From NCBI GenBank assembly GCA_013239625.1, contig MU053597.1, forward strand, positions 1,664-65,663: a DNA stretch of 64,000 bases, read 5' to 3'. The stretch comes from Lama guanicoe (taxonomy: Eukaryota). Within the stretch, counting starts at the first letter, position 1, and each line of letters starts with the position of its first letter. A program made the translations under genes and the position numbers. Shown piece after piece: positions 51,670 through 64,000 of this stretch. A model generated the notes under the pieces. That model was not told where the DNA came from and made no database searches. It saw nothing but the letters and a program-made list of their open reading frames with translations.

Positions 51670-54008
51670 CTGGAAGAGAAAGCAGAAGAGAGGACTGTGA
51701 ACCCTGTGCGGATGTTGGGACTCGAGTATACTGAGGGCAGTGCTACCCCGAACTTGGGGCCCTGACACAGGCCCTGGGCCCTGCTCTCATGCACTTGCTC
51801 TATTCACCTGTCTGTCACCTGCCAATGTGTTCATCTGCAGGGGCGGGAGGGGCAGGAAGTCAGGGGCCCGGGCATGTCCTTTCCCACCTAGGCCTGGGTG
51901 AGAGTAGTGGGCAGCCCAGGCCAGCGCCACAGGCCACGTGGGCCTCAGATGTGCTCATCTGGACGGACAGACTGGCACGGCCCCTCTGCTCTGGGCCTGC
52001 CTGCAAGCCCCGTGGTGACCATGGGGGTCACTCCCATTCTAGGCCTCTGTGGCCTCTCTGACCTCACCCCTCCCCAGCCCCATCTTTCAGGGAAGGATCT
52101 GTAAACCCAGCCAGAGGGGATGCAGCACAGGGGAGCAGAGGAGAAAGCTCATTCCAGCCATCCCACAGCCTCCCTGCAGCCCTGTTCTCTGACCCTCAGC
52201 CCATGTGGGTGCAAACTCCCCTCCCATCTCTGCCTACTCACATAAAAAGATGACCTATTCTTTGGGGGATGAAGGCAGCGTCAGACCCCGGTCTCTGGCT
52301 GTGACACAGAACTGCCTCCTCTTGGCGCCCCCCTACCCTGCTCCCTATCACAGGGCCACACAGGTGCCCACATCAGCCTCCCATCTGTACTCCTGCCAAA
52401 AAGCTCCCTTCCTCCTTTATGCCCCACCCAGATTCTCCTGCAGCCACTGGGTCCAGGCTTCTGCCTGGACTGACTCCTGCATCCTGCCTTGGTCAGGTCG
52501 GCAAGGTTGCCCTTCCGCCATTTCATGGGGAGGAAACGGAGGCTCAGGCGAAGTCACAGTAAGGAAGGTGGAGTACCCACACCAAACCCCACAGATTGAC
52601 CCAGAACTCGTGACCCTGGGGTCACCTGCCCTGCTCCAGGAGAGGGTGCCGGCTGTGTGACACCCACTCACACCCAGGGGAGGGGGGCAGCTCCTGGTCC
52701 AGGTGAGCGGGGCGCAGCACAGCTGTCCTGGCCTCAGGAAGCCAGCACCACCCTTCCTGGACTTGTCCCCACGTGAACCCTGTGAAGTTCCTTCTGCCTC
52801 CAAGCCTCAGTTTTCCTACCCTTCCCAAAGCCCCTGGCCGTCCATTACCCCACACAGCAACGAGGCCAGTAGGCGGAGGCGGGACACTGCAGTCTGTGCC
52901 CCAGAGCTGGCCCGGCCTCCTAGTGTTGGCACCGCTGCACTCTGGACCATGCACACACTGGCCTGCCCACAGGGACTCCTTGCTTCTTGCTGCCTGGGCC
53001 TAGCTGGCCAGCAACATAAGGTCAGCCACTGCTCCACAGTCCCCTCCTGGCGTCCATCCTAACAGGTCTGTAGGCACGGCAAGAGCTGGGCGTGGCCAGC
53101 CTCCGGCTCTGGGCCAACCACCAACCAGGCCAGGACGGCTGGACTTGGGCTGACCCTCTCATGGCTCCGTGGACTCGGGCCCGGCCCTCACCTCCCAGCC
53201 TTGGTGTCCCCATCTGTAAGGTGGGAGTTAGGCTTCACGCACTCAACATAAGCGTAAGAGCTATACCTGCTGGTTTACCCAGAGAGGGGACCCCAGGGGG
53301 AGAAAGGCTGTTTGGGGATGATGGGTCACTGGGGGCGGCCCTGTGGGGGCTCTTCAGTGGCAAATGTTCATGTTCTCTGAGAAGGCAACTTGCAAATTGC
53401 TCATGCTGCCCCTCTGAGCAGCACTGGGCACACTTGCACTTGACCCCTATCACTGGGAAGCCCGTTCTCCTGCCCTGCCTCTGGACCACTCAGGGGACAG
53501 TCTTGGTGGTGGGCAGAGCTACCTGCTCTGCCCTCCTAATCAGTATCTGGGGACAGAGACTGGGGCCAAGGTCCCACAGCGAATCTCACACCTGGCAAGG
53601 AGCTCACCCAGCAGGGTGGCAGTGGGACCTGAAATCTCACCTGAGCCTCAGCACCAGCTGCAGCACGCCCTTCCCTGTGCCCAACTTGGTACCTAATGCA
53701 GTCACCAGCCCCCACCCCAGGGCCCCAGCCCCGGAACAGACCCTCTTGGATGTCCTGGAAAACCTCAGTAGAAAGTCAAATCACAGTCCAGTGCCTTTCT
53801 CACCACCACCCTACGTGACAGCTGCTTCACTCTGTCCTGTCCCCATTGACCAGGGGGGGTCAAGGCTATTTCAAAACCCAGCACCACCCCCCCGAGGGGC
53901 TTGTATAGTCTGAGATGGTCAAGGCTGGGCCCACACTCTCCCCTCCTCATTCCAGCCCCTGACAGCCCACACCACAGCCCTCCTGTCTGGAATCTTCGAA
54001 TTTGGTGC

Positions 54009-54135
54009 GGCAGGTAATTAGCTTTGTTTGTTTGTATGCTTGTTTGTTTTTTATGTTAATGGAGATACTAGGCCTTGAACCCAGGACCTCGTGGGTGGTA
54101 AGTACGCACTGAACCACTCAGCTATCAGCCTCTCC
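54009..54135 (-). mobile_element. tRNA-derived SINE, camelid Vic-1-like
   Basis: Reverse strand GATAGCTGAGTGGTTCAG...GAGGTCCTGGGTTCAAG...AAACAAAGCTAATTACCT. Confidence 0.8.
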
Positions 54136-56030
54136 CAGTCCCTTTGGAGTTTTGACGTTTTTTGGTTTTATGACATTTATCTCACTACTTTCAGGAAATC
54201 TTTAGGAAAACCTATTTAATCAGGAATTTAGTTGAGTCTAGTACCTGAGAATGTGCTTTACTAAGATAACTGTATTCGAATTCATCAGTGACAACAGGAC
54301 AGCGCCTGGAATCAACGTGAATGAAAGTGGCAGTCATTTACAGAAACGCACAAGGACAGTACGAGGCCAAGCGTCCATCGACCACGGGTCTATGCACATG
54401 CCTGTCCACGATTCTCAAAGTCCCTGAAGAACAAAAATGGCCATGATCACCTTTGACCCTTCCTCTTTTCTATCTTTATTCCTCACATGTTGTTTCACTT
54501 TTCTTCCTCCTCTGTTCTCCATGTTTATATTCATTTAACACAAATGGGTTAGAGAACCACTTTATCTGCTTATGGCCCATGTTAACCCCTTGGTGGAGGC
54601 GCATCGGGGCAGTCTGCATCTCAACTAAGGTCACGGCCGCACCTGCAGTCAGCGGGCAGCTCGGCTGGGGCTGACTCACGTGTCTGCTGCTTGGCGCTGG
54701 CTCTAGGCGGATCCCCATCTCTTCGGCAAGCTAGCCTGGCCCTCTTCATACGGTGGAGGAAGAGTTCCCAACAGCAAGACGCTTTTTGTGAGTCCATGTA
54801 GGGGAGGACTGCACGAAGGACCACAAAGACAATGAGTTATTCGTCACTTACTGAGGGTTATGACTGTCATCGACCACACATGATATTCAAGACTTGAGAT
54901 AGCATTCCTACCACACACCTACTCTTCTTCTTGAGTTGTTAACCCTCCGTTCTTTAGACCAGCATTTTCCATAGGGTATTAAGAAGTTTGGTAGGGGGTA
55001 TCTTTGAAATAATCATTGATTTCTTACCCCCACATATTTCTTGCCTCTATCTTTCTCCCTGTCTTAAGCTGTCTTAAGAGACACATCATTTCCTCAGAGA
55101 ACAGAAGTTACTGAAGAATATGAGGAATAACAGAGCTGTGTGCTGCCTATGAAGTTTAAACACTCAGTTTTGTAGGAAACAAAAACAATTCATGGCAGAA
55201 AGATTTAGGTGGGAATCTCATGCGGAAAGCCCAGAACAATGAGGTGTACAGGACATGGGCACCATTTCCTGCATAGAAAACAAGAGGAATCAGGAAGCCC
55301 TCACATAACAGCTAACTCGCATCTCTAAGACCGAGCCTGGTAGAGCCACACAACTTTCTGCACCTCAACATGGAACAGATCAGGGAAACGATTCCATCAA
55401 TCTGAGAATGGTAGGGGAGGAATAAAGTCACTGGATTTGATCAGACAGATCTCAGCAACACCTGCGCAGGCCGGCTCCCCAGGACCAGACAGCAACTAGG
55501 ACAGCTCAGCAGGCGCCCAGTGTACACAGATGACACAGAGGGCCAGGGAAGCGTCATTCCACATCCCACCACCTCCTAACTCTCTGGCAGTAGAAGACTC
55601 CAAAGCACAGACACACTCATGGAGAAAATGGAGAGACCTAGCATTGCAACAGATTTGGGAACAAAGAATTAAGCTGTAAATCAAGTGAGTTATTTAAAAT
55701 TATAGACCAGCACCCATCTTACAGATATCAGTTTGTAGACAGACTGGCCCAACTATATGGAATTCGTGGTCCATGCCTTATTTTCCTAGAAAGGGTTCCA
55801 CGGTCAAATAGGTTTGAGAAATGCTGTATTTTCCTTTTGGACATCAAAATGCACATTAACATACTGATGTCTTAGGGAAGAATCAGAGTAAAGAAACCCA
55901 GTATTTTCTCCATGATTTGACCTGGGAGATTCTTTTGAAGAAACTCTGTTGATGAATGATCCTGGGAACACATATTAGTCAACACTGCTCTCAATTTATC
56001 TTAAGTCATAGATTTTACTCTTTCACTCAC

Positions 56031-56887
56031 CTACTCAAAAACCTTCACTGAGTTGCCATGGATCTTTAGATTTTCTTTTCAGGGAAATTTCTTTTTTAAG
56101 AGCCTCCACAATGCAGCCTGTCCTAGTCATCAGTTTTCACTATTTCCCTGTGTAGCTCCTTTCCTTGAGCTAGGTCAAACGCTTCACTTTCCTGAACAAG
56201 ACACACTCATGTTTCTAAGTACAATTCTCAACTCCCCTTGGTCTCTATAGACCCACAAACTAGGTGGCCACTTGGGTTCTACTCTCACAGAAATGTCACA
56301 AAGCTGCCCCTGACCATTCCAGCTCAAGTTGGCTGTTCTTTGATAATGCACGAGCAGTTCACCCTGTTAGAAGCTGGTTCCTACGGTGCTTTGCACCATC
56401 AGGAGTTACGCTAGTATGCTCACACACCATTCAACAAAACCAAATTCCTGTGGTAAATGATCGTGTTTGTTAGTTTTATGTTACTTTCAGTGGCTGGCTA
56501 AATGTCTACCCCTAAAAACGGATGAATATGTGCACTTTTCTGAGTGTAGGAACTTTACATACATTGATAACGACTGCAAAGTTTAAAACTAAAGAGGTAG
56601 AACACAGCACACACGGAATTTCAGTGGGGGGCAGTAAGACATCAGTTTCACTAAAGAAGTTTGTTAGCACGTCACAGTATTTACTGTTCACAAGTCCTGG
56701 AATATACTATTTTTATTCATCATGAAAAACATGAGGTATTGGTGTGATATATTCGGGAAGAATTGCATGTGTGTGTGAAATTTCTTTTAAACAGCAACAA
56801 TTCCATAGTTAAAGGGACAAACAACATGGCTGGACTATGCACCTGTCAGTTGTTGAGCCAAGAAAGACATGTTAAAGTCCCTCAAAT
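56031..56887 (-). pseudogene. Gene X copy B exons (56843-56887 and 56031-56511)
   Basis: GAG|ATTTGAGGG..ATG TCT TTC TTG GCT CAA CAA CTG ACA G|GT and TTTTTAG|GGGTAGAC...TGAGTAG|GTGAGT; same boundaries as copy A; many in-frame stops. Confidence 0.6.
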
Positions 56888-57879
56888 CTCAGAAAGAGAT
56901 AAAATACTAGATAAAGAAAAGTTGAAATTCCACTAATTTGTCCAATGCGACGCCTACAGAACATTCTTGCCATGGGAAAATGGTTAATAAATGTTCCTTT
57001 CACCCTCAGGATATTCAAGCACAATACATCATTCAGAAAGCCAATTTACTACTTTTTAGAAAACACCCTTGGAACTGATAAACTGTAAAAAGCCCAAATG
57101 GTCAAACCTAGAATGAATACAAGGCAATTAGACTTTCTGATATCTGTCTTTATCATTGCTGGCAAGATCTGTGTAATCATCAATCAATCAATCAGCACTT
57201 AGTGGTGTAAATAAGGTTAAATATTTTCAAAAGTAAAGCAAACATACTGAGGATGAAAATCTTATTTTATTTATTCCAGAAAGAAAGCTATTCTTAGGCT
57301 ATCTTTATTTGAGAAAACTCATCTTCTCCATGGTCATTAATTACTATGATATATTGAATGGAATATATACATGTTCCATCCAACATATACATACTTACTT
57401 GCTACAAAATATGTATCACACATAAATACATGTATTTACACTCAATTTTATATTCCACAAAAGCAACCTGAAAGAATTTGAAGGATAGAGTACACAGTTG
57501 TACGAAAAGCCACTTTTCAGAACACATTAGGCGATGTCTTTCCTATTTCTCTGTAACTCCTATGCTAGCCAAACAAGCCACTAATCACCCTTAAGATCTG
57601 TAATGAAGGGTGCCTCTGTTTGCTACTTTTATGCTTTTCATGTCCACAACATAATCGGTGCTACGAAGAAACTGATTTCTTTTTGGCTTCGGACCTAAAT
57701 GTCAGTATGCATTTGGTTGGCTTAGCCTTTCCAAGGAATAAAATTATCCCTTCGTCACGTCCGAGAAACTACTAGAAAAGAAAATTGTCAAAGGAAAGCT
57801 ATAATTTCCTATAATGGAAAAAAGAACCTACCTTGTGAGAATGGGAGTTTTTCCAAATTATAAACGAGTGGGATCAGCT

Positions 57880-58670
57880 AGGGGGCGGCGGGGACACAAT
57901 TTTCAGGCCGCGGGAGGGGTGGGGAGCCACAAGGGCTCCAGGGTGCCCCCGGCGCCCACACGGCCGGCGCCCGCCCCGCCAAGGCCCGCGCGGGCTCTCT
58001 CCCCCGCGGGGACCCGGGGCAGCAGCCGTCGCATCCCCCCCCTTCCCGCGCCCCGCGCCCCGCCGCCGCCCACACTCACCTCAGGGGCGCACCCGGCACA
58101 GCCGGCCGTCGGCCTCGTTCCTGCCGAAGCTTCTCAGTGCGGTACTCCCTGCGTGGGCGGGTTCTTCCCCGACGGTCGCAGGGTTGGGGGGGGCGGGGAA
58201 CGGCCGTCACTTGAGCTACGAACCTAAGCGCCGCCTGGTGGCATTTTCCACAGGCCAGCGCCACAGCAGCCGACTTGGGTTCACACAGCCCCCTGCCAAC
58301 CGCAGTTCTTACTGTCTCGCTGAGCCAACAAGCCTGCGCGGAAACAGGAGGGAGCCAAGGTGGGAGACGGCGGCCGGGCAGGGGTGGACGCGAACGCGGT
58401 CCTGCGGGGACTACGCGCATGCGCACCAGCGGGGCGGGACCGCTCCGTGGGGGCCGGCCCCGCCCAGGGGCGCTGGTCCGGCTCAGCCAATCGCGAGCGC
58501 CGGGTATCTCTTGGCGCGGGCGCTTTGAATGGTTCCTGGGCCGCTGAGGCAGCGGCAGGGTGGCCACGCCGCTGCCATTTGGGGAGCTTTTTTGAGACCG
58601 GGAGGGGAACCCGCCCCTCATCCCTTCGCCGGAGCCCCACCCTCGCCCGGCCGAGGGACTGCGGGAAAAA
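57880..58670 (-). promoter_or_regulatory. CpG-island promoter with a first-exon donor on the minus strand
   Basis: Very high CpG density; NRF1 palindrome GCGCATGCGC 58415-58424; GC boxes ~58431 and ~58458; CCAAT ~58487; YY1-like GCCATTT ~58574; donor GAG|GTGAGT with exon end at 58080. Confidence 0.85.
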
Positions 58671-61499
58671 AAAAAAAGTTGGGAAAGTAAAATAAAACAA
58701 CAGTGACTTCAGGATAACGGTTACCTCTTTGGATGGAAGGAAGGGAATGGGATAAAGGAAAGGTGAAAAGGAAACATCACGTATTTGTAGATTTGATTTC
58801 TTAAAAGAAAGATTTTTAAATGCTAACATTTTGCCACAATGCTTCCATTTTTTAAAGAAATAAAATGTTAATAGGTAATTTTATTACATAAATACCCACG
58901 ATATATTCATGAATGTGCACACAGATATACATATTTTATATCTAAACAAAAACATTATTCAATGAATAAAATTATGGAAATTTTCTTTATCATTCAACTT
59001 AATATTCTTTCCCTTAACTTATGGTTACTTCAGGCACGTCAGGGCTCTAGAGCTTGCCAGGAGATGCACATATCCAAGGCCAGTCCCCAGCAGGGAAGCA
59101 GGGTGGAGCCCCAGGTGCACCTAAGCCACTACAGGATGGGGGTGCTGGGGATGGTCCAAGGCAGGCAGGGGGGCTCGAGGTTGGGCAATGGGGAGGGAAG
59201 CATCGGGGTGTATGTGGGGCACAGGTAGGCTAGGGCAGGATGGAGTGAGGGGCACTGTGTGGGACCCAAATAGGAAGGGAGAGGAGGGGTGCTCCAAGAG
59301 CTGGGGTTGGGGTACCCCCTCCCCCCACCTCCTACCACCTCCCAAAGCAGCAGCTGAGTCCCTCCTGAGCTCCCTGTCAGACAGGCCCAGCTTTGGCATC
59401 TACGTCCTTGCCCCAAGTTGCTACACGGCTCCCCTCATCTGGAGCCCCCTGCCACTTTTCTTCCCCACTAGCGAACTGTGCTCAAAGGCCCCACTGTCAG
59501 GGACACCAGACCCAATGCACAGTCCCAGGGACACCAAGGGGATTCCCTTGTTCTGCCCGGACACCTGACACTCTGTCCCTTTTCTGGTCCCTTCCACACC
59601 CACTTGTCAGCTGAGGCCTCTGTCCTGGGTCTCAGCCCTTCTGGGGAAAGCCAGGAGGCCAAGGGGACCAGTGGCCCAGAGCCAGAAGCAGAGGGAACCC
59701 ATCTGACTTCCTGCTCCAGGTGCGAAATGAAAAGCCATCCTGTACAAGGACAAAAAGGCCCCAGGTGAAGTTCAAAACCTGATCTTCACAGCCCTGTGCT
59801 TTGGCTCCAGTGGCACTGGCTGGCTCAGGACTCCTCACCACTTCCCCAAACCAGAGGGTCCCGGGGGATTTCTGAGTCTCTGTGGGCCTGGGTCTCTTGA
59901 CCAGACAAGTAGCTGTTCCTTTTTTCCTTTTACATTTGTAGACAGGTAATACACTCCCGTGGCTTCAAAATAAAAAACCCATGAGCAGGTACACAGGGCG
60001 CCCCGCCACCCTCTGTCCAGCCCCCACCATGAGTAGACAGGTTTAGTCACTTCTAGAATTTGTTTAGATTCTTGCTTTTTCTTGGTTTGCACAAAGAGAC
60101 ACTACTTACAATACAGAGATGTTTCCTCATCGGTACATAAAACAAACGCTGTTAGGGGGCTGTGCATGTTGATCCATTAGGTAGTCGGATTCTTCCTCGG
60201 TGTTAGGAAGAGTAGCCCCTTATTGATCTTTTCTGGAACTTGTGGTTTGTCCTTTTTCACTTACTATATAGCATGCTTTTTCAGAAAAAAACTGTATTTA
60301 ACATTTTTTCTTTTATGGCTTCTGTGTTGTGAGTTAGCATTAGAAAGCCTTCCTTCTGACAAGTTTACAGGGGAATTCATCAGTATTTCCCTTCAACATT
60401 TTATATCTTTGTTTTTCTACATTTAAATCTTATATCCATTGAAGATATATCATGATGAATGGTGTGAGTAAGAATACAACGTTTTGTAGATTGTTTAAAA
60501 TTCTTGTTTTGTCCTAGTAATCCATGAATTTTTAAAGAATATAAAATTCAATCCCTTGTAATTTATCTTACGTACAGCATGAAGTAGGGAGATGGTTTTA
60601 TTATTTTGTTTTTCTCTTTTTCCAAATGACCAACCACTAAAACATATAATGAGAAAGAAAAAACCCTCGCTTTTCCTGTAGGATGCTCCCATGTGTATGT
60701 CTGGTAGAGCATCTTCTTTAAAACAGGACTGCGTCTTTTATCTGTAAGCCTTGTCTGTGTATTTGTAAAACAATAGTAAGTTGTTTTATCTGTAAGCTTT
60801 CAATATGCTAGTGTCATTTTCTTTTATTTAAAGACATATCAAATTTCCAACACTGAATTAATGGTTCTTACTTCACTTTCATAAATAGATTATTTAAAAT
60901 AGCTCGTGTTCATAAGAAAATGTATTTACCTTGAAGTTCCTTTTCTGTAAAGTCCCAGTCTTTCACCTTGCCCCACTTCTTTATTCTGAGATCTTGGTCC
61001 CTATTTGAAGTAGAACTTGGTCTCCTTTAACAAGTGCTGATTGTCTCCCATGGGATTTGGATCATTTGCTTTTCTCATTGATCTATTAGGGGATTTTTTT
61101 GTTAAGTCAATTATCCTCACTAGCGTATTTCTGTTTCTTCTTATTTCTCCTTGGATTTTGCTCTGTAAATGCTCATGTTATGCTATCTGGTGCAAAGATA
61201 ATTATAACAAATGCATTTTGGCTTTTCTTTAATATACTGAATATTTCTTTTTTGGTCTTAATGTATTTTGGCATAAATTCAGCTTTTTCCCATGTAAATA
61301 GTAAAGTCCCTACATTTTTTCACTTGAAACTCCCTCGTTGTCTTTGCCATCGTCTACTCTGAAACCTTCTAAGCTCTTAGTCTTCAGTGCATCTGACTGT
61401 ATACACTGTGGAGCTGGGTTTCCTTCTAATCCAGTCTGAGAGTCTTTTAATAGGTGCGTTTATTCTGTTTACCTTAGATGTGGCAATTGTTCGACCTTT

Positions 61500-61770
61500 A
61501 CTTCACCAAACAGAATATATAAATGGTAAATAGATGATACACAGGAAAAAAGCCAGTATCATTACTCATTACAGAAATTCAAATTAAAACCACTATGCAA
61601 ACAAGATACCACTACTCTCCTATTGGAAAACTAAAATTTTTAAAAATTAAAAACTGACAATATCAAATGCTGCTGAGAATGTGGGGGAACTGGAACCCTC
61701 GTACACTGCTGGTGGGATGGAGGAATAGCACAGCCACTTTGGAAAATGGTTTGGCAGTTTCTGATAGCAA
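61500..61770 (+). mobile_element. Old L1 3' fragment
   Basis: GAAATTCAAATTAAAACCAC...TGCTGAGAATGTGGGGGAACTGGAACCCTC...ACTTTGGAAAATGGTTTGGCAGTTTCT. Confidence 0.8.
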
Positions 61771-62785
61771 CTCATTCTCTGAAGTAAGTCCTGTTTTTCT
61801 GTTTATTTACAGTCATATTCATCCATTTCTAAGGGTCTTACTAAAGGAAATGATGTTCAAAAAGGACCCCAATTGCTCCACAGTAGATGCTGTGTAAATG
61901 GTCATGATCAGCTCACCCGCCCAGGAGGGGACACTTCCTCCTGGCTTTCTGACCGAGCAGGAGACACCTTGGTGTGTGAAGCCAGACATGCTCCTCCTAC
62001 TCTGTTCCATAGCTTGTCCCTGCTCCTAAACTGCTTCCTGTCACTCTCTCAGCCTGGGCTTCAACTTCCCCTCACTTAATTGATGATGGTCACACTTGCC
62101 TCATAAGAATGCCATGAGAAATAAAGATGAACAGATTTTGAATGTTTTAGCACACTCCGTGGGATAATTGTTCATTCGGCACGTCCACCTCCACCACATA
62201 CACACCGAAGGCCATTAACACCTCCAATCGATGTAACGACAAAACGCAAAACTAAACTCACATACATTTTGAAATGCCCCTGGAGATGGGGTACAAATCA
62301 CACCCACTGACTGAGTACCCCTCAGTAAGCAGAAAGAAGGGAGAACAAGAACAGTGGGTAGAAAGCCAAAGAGAGACAATGAGGGAAGCACAAAATTTGA
62401 TGAGGAACCAGCAGAAAAGGGCATCCTTCAGTGAATTTCACCTATCCTCTCAAGTCCCAGGTCCTTAGAAAACAAAGTCCTTCAGAACTCGATCCCGCCC
62501 ATCCTAGCTGCCTCCACTCCAGCCTTCTCCACAAGGTATCCACCCACACCCCCCCTTCCCAGACAACTCCTGGTTTTCCCGACCGGATGTGCCGACCTCA
62601 GACCTCTGTGCCTTGGCATGTGCATTCTGCTCTACCTGGAGTGCACTTCTCAAGGCAAACTCCCAGCACCAAGGTTTAAGAAGCCAGACACAGGCAGCCC
62701 CACGCCACCCCGGCCTCCTGCCCCCACAGCACTCCCCATGGGCCTTCTGTGCTCCCGCCCAACTGCACCCCACTGTCTGGAGCAG

Positions 62786-62933
62786 AAGCTACTGAAGGGC
62801 AGGTGCCCCTTGAGTCCTCGCAGGGAACTGGTGCTCAATGAATTCTAAGGGAATGACCAAAGCTACTGAAGGGCAGGGTCCCCTTGAGGCCCCCGAGGGG
62901 AACTGGTGCTCAATGAATTCTAAGGGAATGACC
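62786..62933. repeat. ~74-bp tandem duplication
   Basis: aagctactgaagggcagg...aattctaagggaatgacc twice (62786-62858, 62860-62933). Confidence 0.93.
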
Positions 62934-64000
62934 TTTCATGAAAGGTTTTTGTAAAAGGCTAAAAAAGCAACCCACGCGGAAAGCAGACAATAGATATTTT
63001 TGACTATGGAAAGCATGTGTTTTCGCAACTCTGATCTTTGGTTGAGTATCACTCAGGTACCAGGCAGAGGTGCTCTATCACTTCCTAGCTCGGTAGCTGT
63101 GGGCAAATTAAGTAACCTCGCTGTGTCTCAAATTCCACTTAACTGAAAGCAACCAGCTCTGCAGTGTGGTTACCAGGACTAATTAATATATGCTTAGAAA
63201 CAAAAGTAACAGAAAGTGTTGACTAAACTGTAGTTCTTACTAGCCTGCCGGAATCACAGACACATTAACAGGACCGGATACTGTACCCTCAGGAATATGA
63301 GCACAACAAAATTTTGGTTAAAACTATGTTTCTTTTAGGAGAGCTGAAAGTCAGAAAATTCAACAGCTTGTCCTCCAGCTGCACTGCTGCTCTCTGCAGT
63401 CCTCAGTACCGATCCCTAGTGAACACTATGTCCCCCGGCTCCGCTGACAATGTGGACTCCCAGGTCTCTGGTCTCTGACCACACCTCCTCCTCTTCTGTA
63501 GCTTGCCCGCTATGGACACCTAAAGTCAAGCATTCCTTCAGCTCAGCTCACACATTTTTTTCTCATCTTTTCCCCTCTCAAGGCTTCCATTAGGATCGCT
63601 ATGGAGATGACCTCACGACCTCTCAGTCACATTCAGAAAATGTTTCAAGCTGAATTTACCCAACACAGATATTTATTTTAAATTAGATCATGAAGCATAC
63701 AGCTTCAACTTCTCTCTTTCATAACATTTTCCCCTTTTTTCCCAATTCTTACACATCTCACCAGTCCTCAACTTCCTCTTCGTTTGCCCACCTCTTAAAA
63801 CTACTTGCTTGCCAAGGTTCCGTCTTTGGTCTTTCTGTTCTGTCTCACTGGTTCTTAACCTCTCTGGAATAATGAACCCTTTGAACATCTAATGAATGCT
63901 ATGCATTACTTACTAAAAAGATAAACACACGGGATATATGCATGCAAATTCACCTAACCAATGATCTCAAATAAAAATCTATGTTCATCCACACCAGACT

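Larger units (their letters stand above)
25140..53990 (-). pseudogene. ADGRB1: Unprocessed, internally deleted, 3'-truncated ADGRB1 pseudogene (copy 2); outer limits approximate
   Basis: Seven exon remnants in native order between 51669 and 38018 within uniformly GC-rich DNA. 25140-38017 is inferred to be the long intron after the GTTNQTC exon. No 7TM exons seen. Confidence 0.8.

Noticed and set aside
53092..53913. 273-aa plus-strand ORF, the longest in the track
   Set aside because: No recognisable domain, includes MIR-like sequence, lies antisense in ADGRB1-derived upstream DNA

Overview
Mammalian genomic DNA, probably camelid, judged from two Vic-1-like tRNA SINEs. The window is a segmental-duplication mosaic in which every recognisable gene piece lies on the minus strand. 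Read in that direction the order is: an intact CpG-island promoter with first exon (~57.9-58.7 kb); exons of an unidentified stop-riddled gene ('gene X', copy B); a ~29 kb internally deleted unprocessed ADGRB1/BAI1 pseudogene (7 exon remnants); gene X copy A (7 phase-compatible exons); a second ADGRB1 first-exon duplicon; three COL12A1 fibronectin-III exons; and an apparently intact first coding exon of an ANKRD26/POTE/ANKRD7-family gene that runs off the left edge. The window also holds L1 fragments, two solo ERV LTRs, SINEs, several near-perfect local tandem duplications (possibly assembly artefacts) and two N-gaps. All gene identities come from comparing manual translations with protein sequences recalled from memory, not from database searches. 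I cannot show a new functional system. The best candidate is a co-oriented exon-accretion (chimeric transcript) locus.
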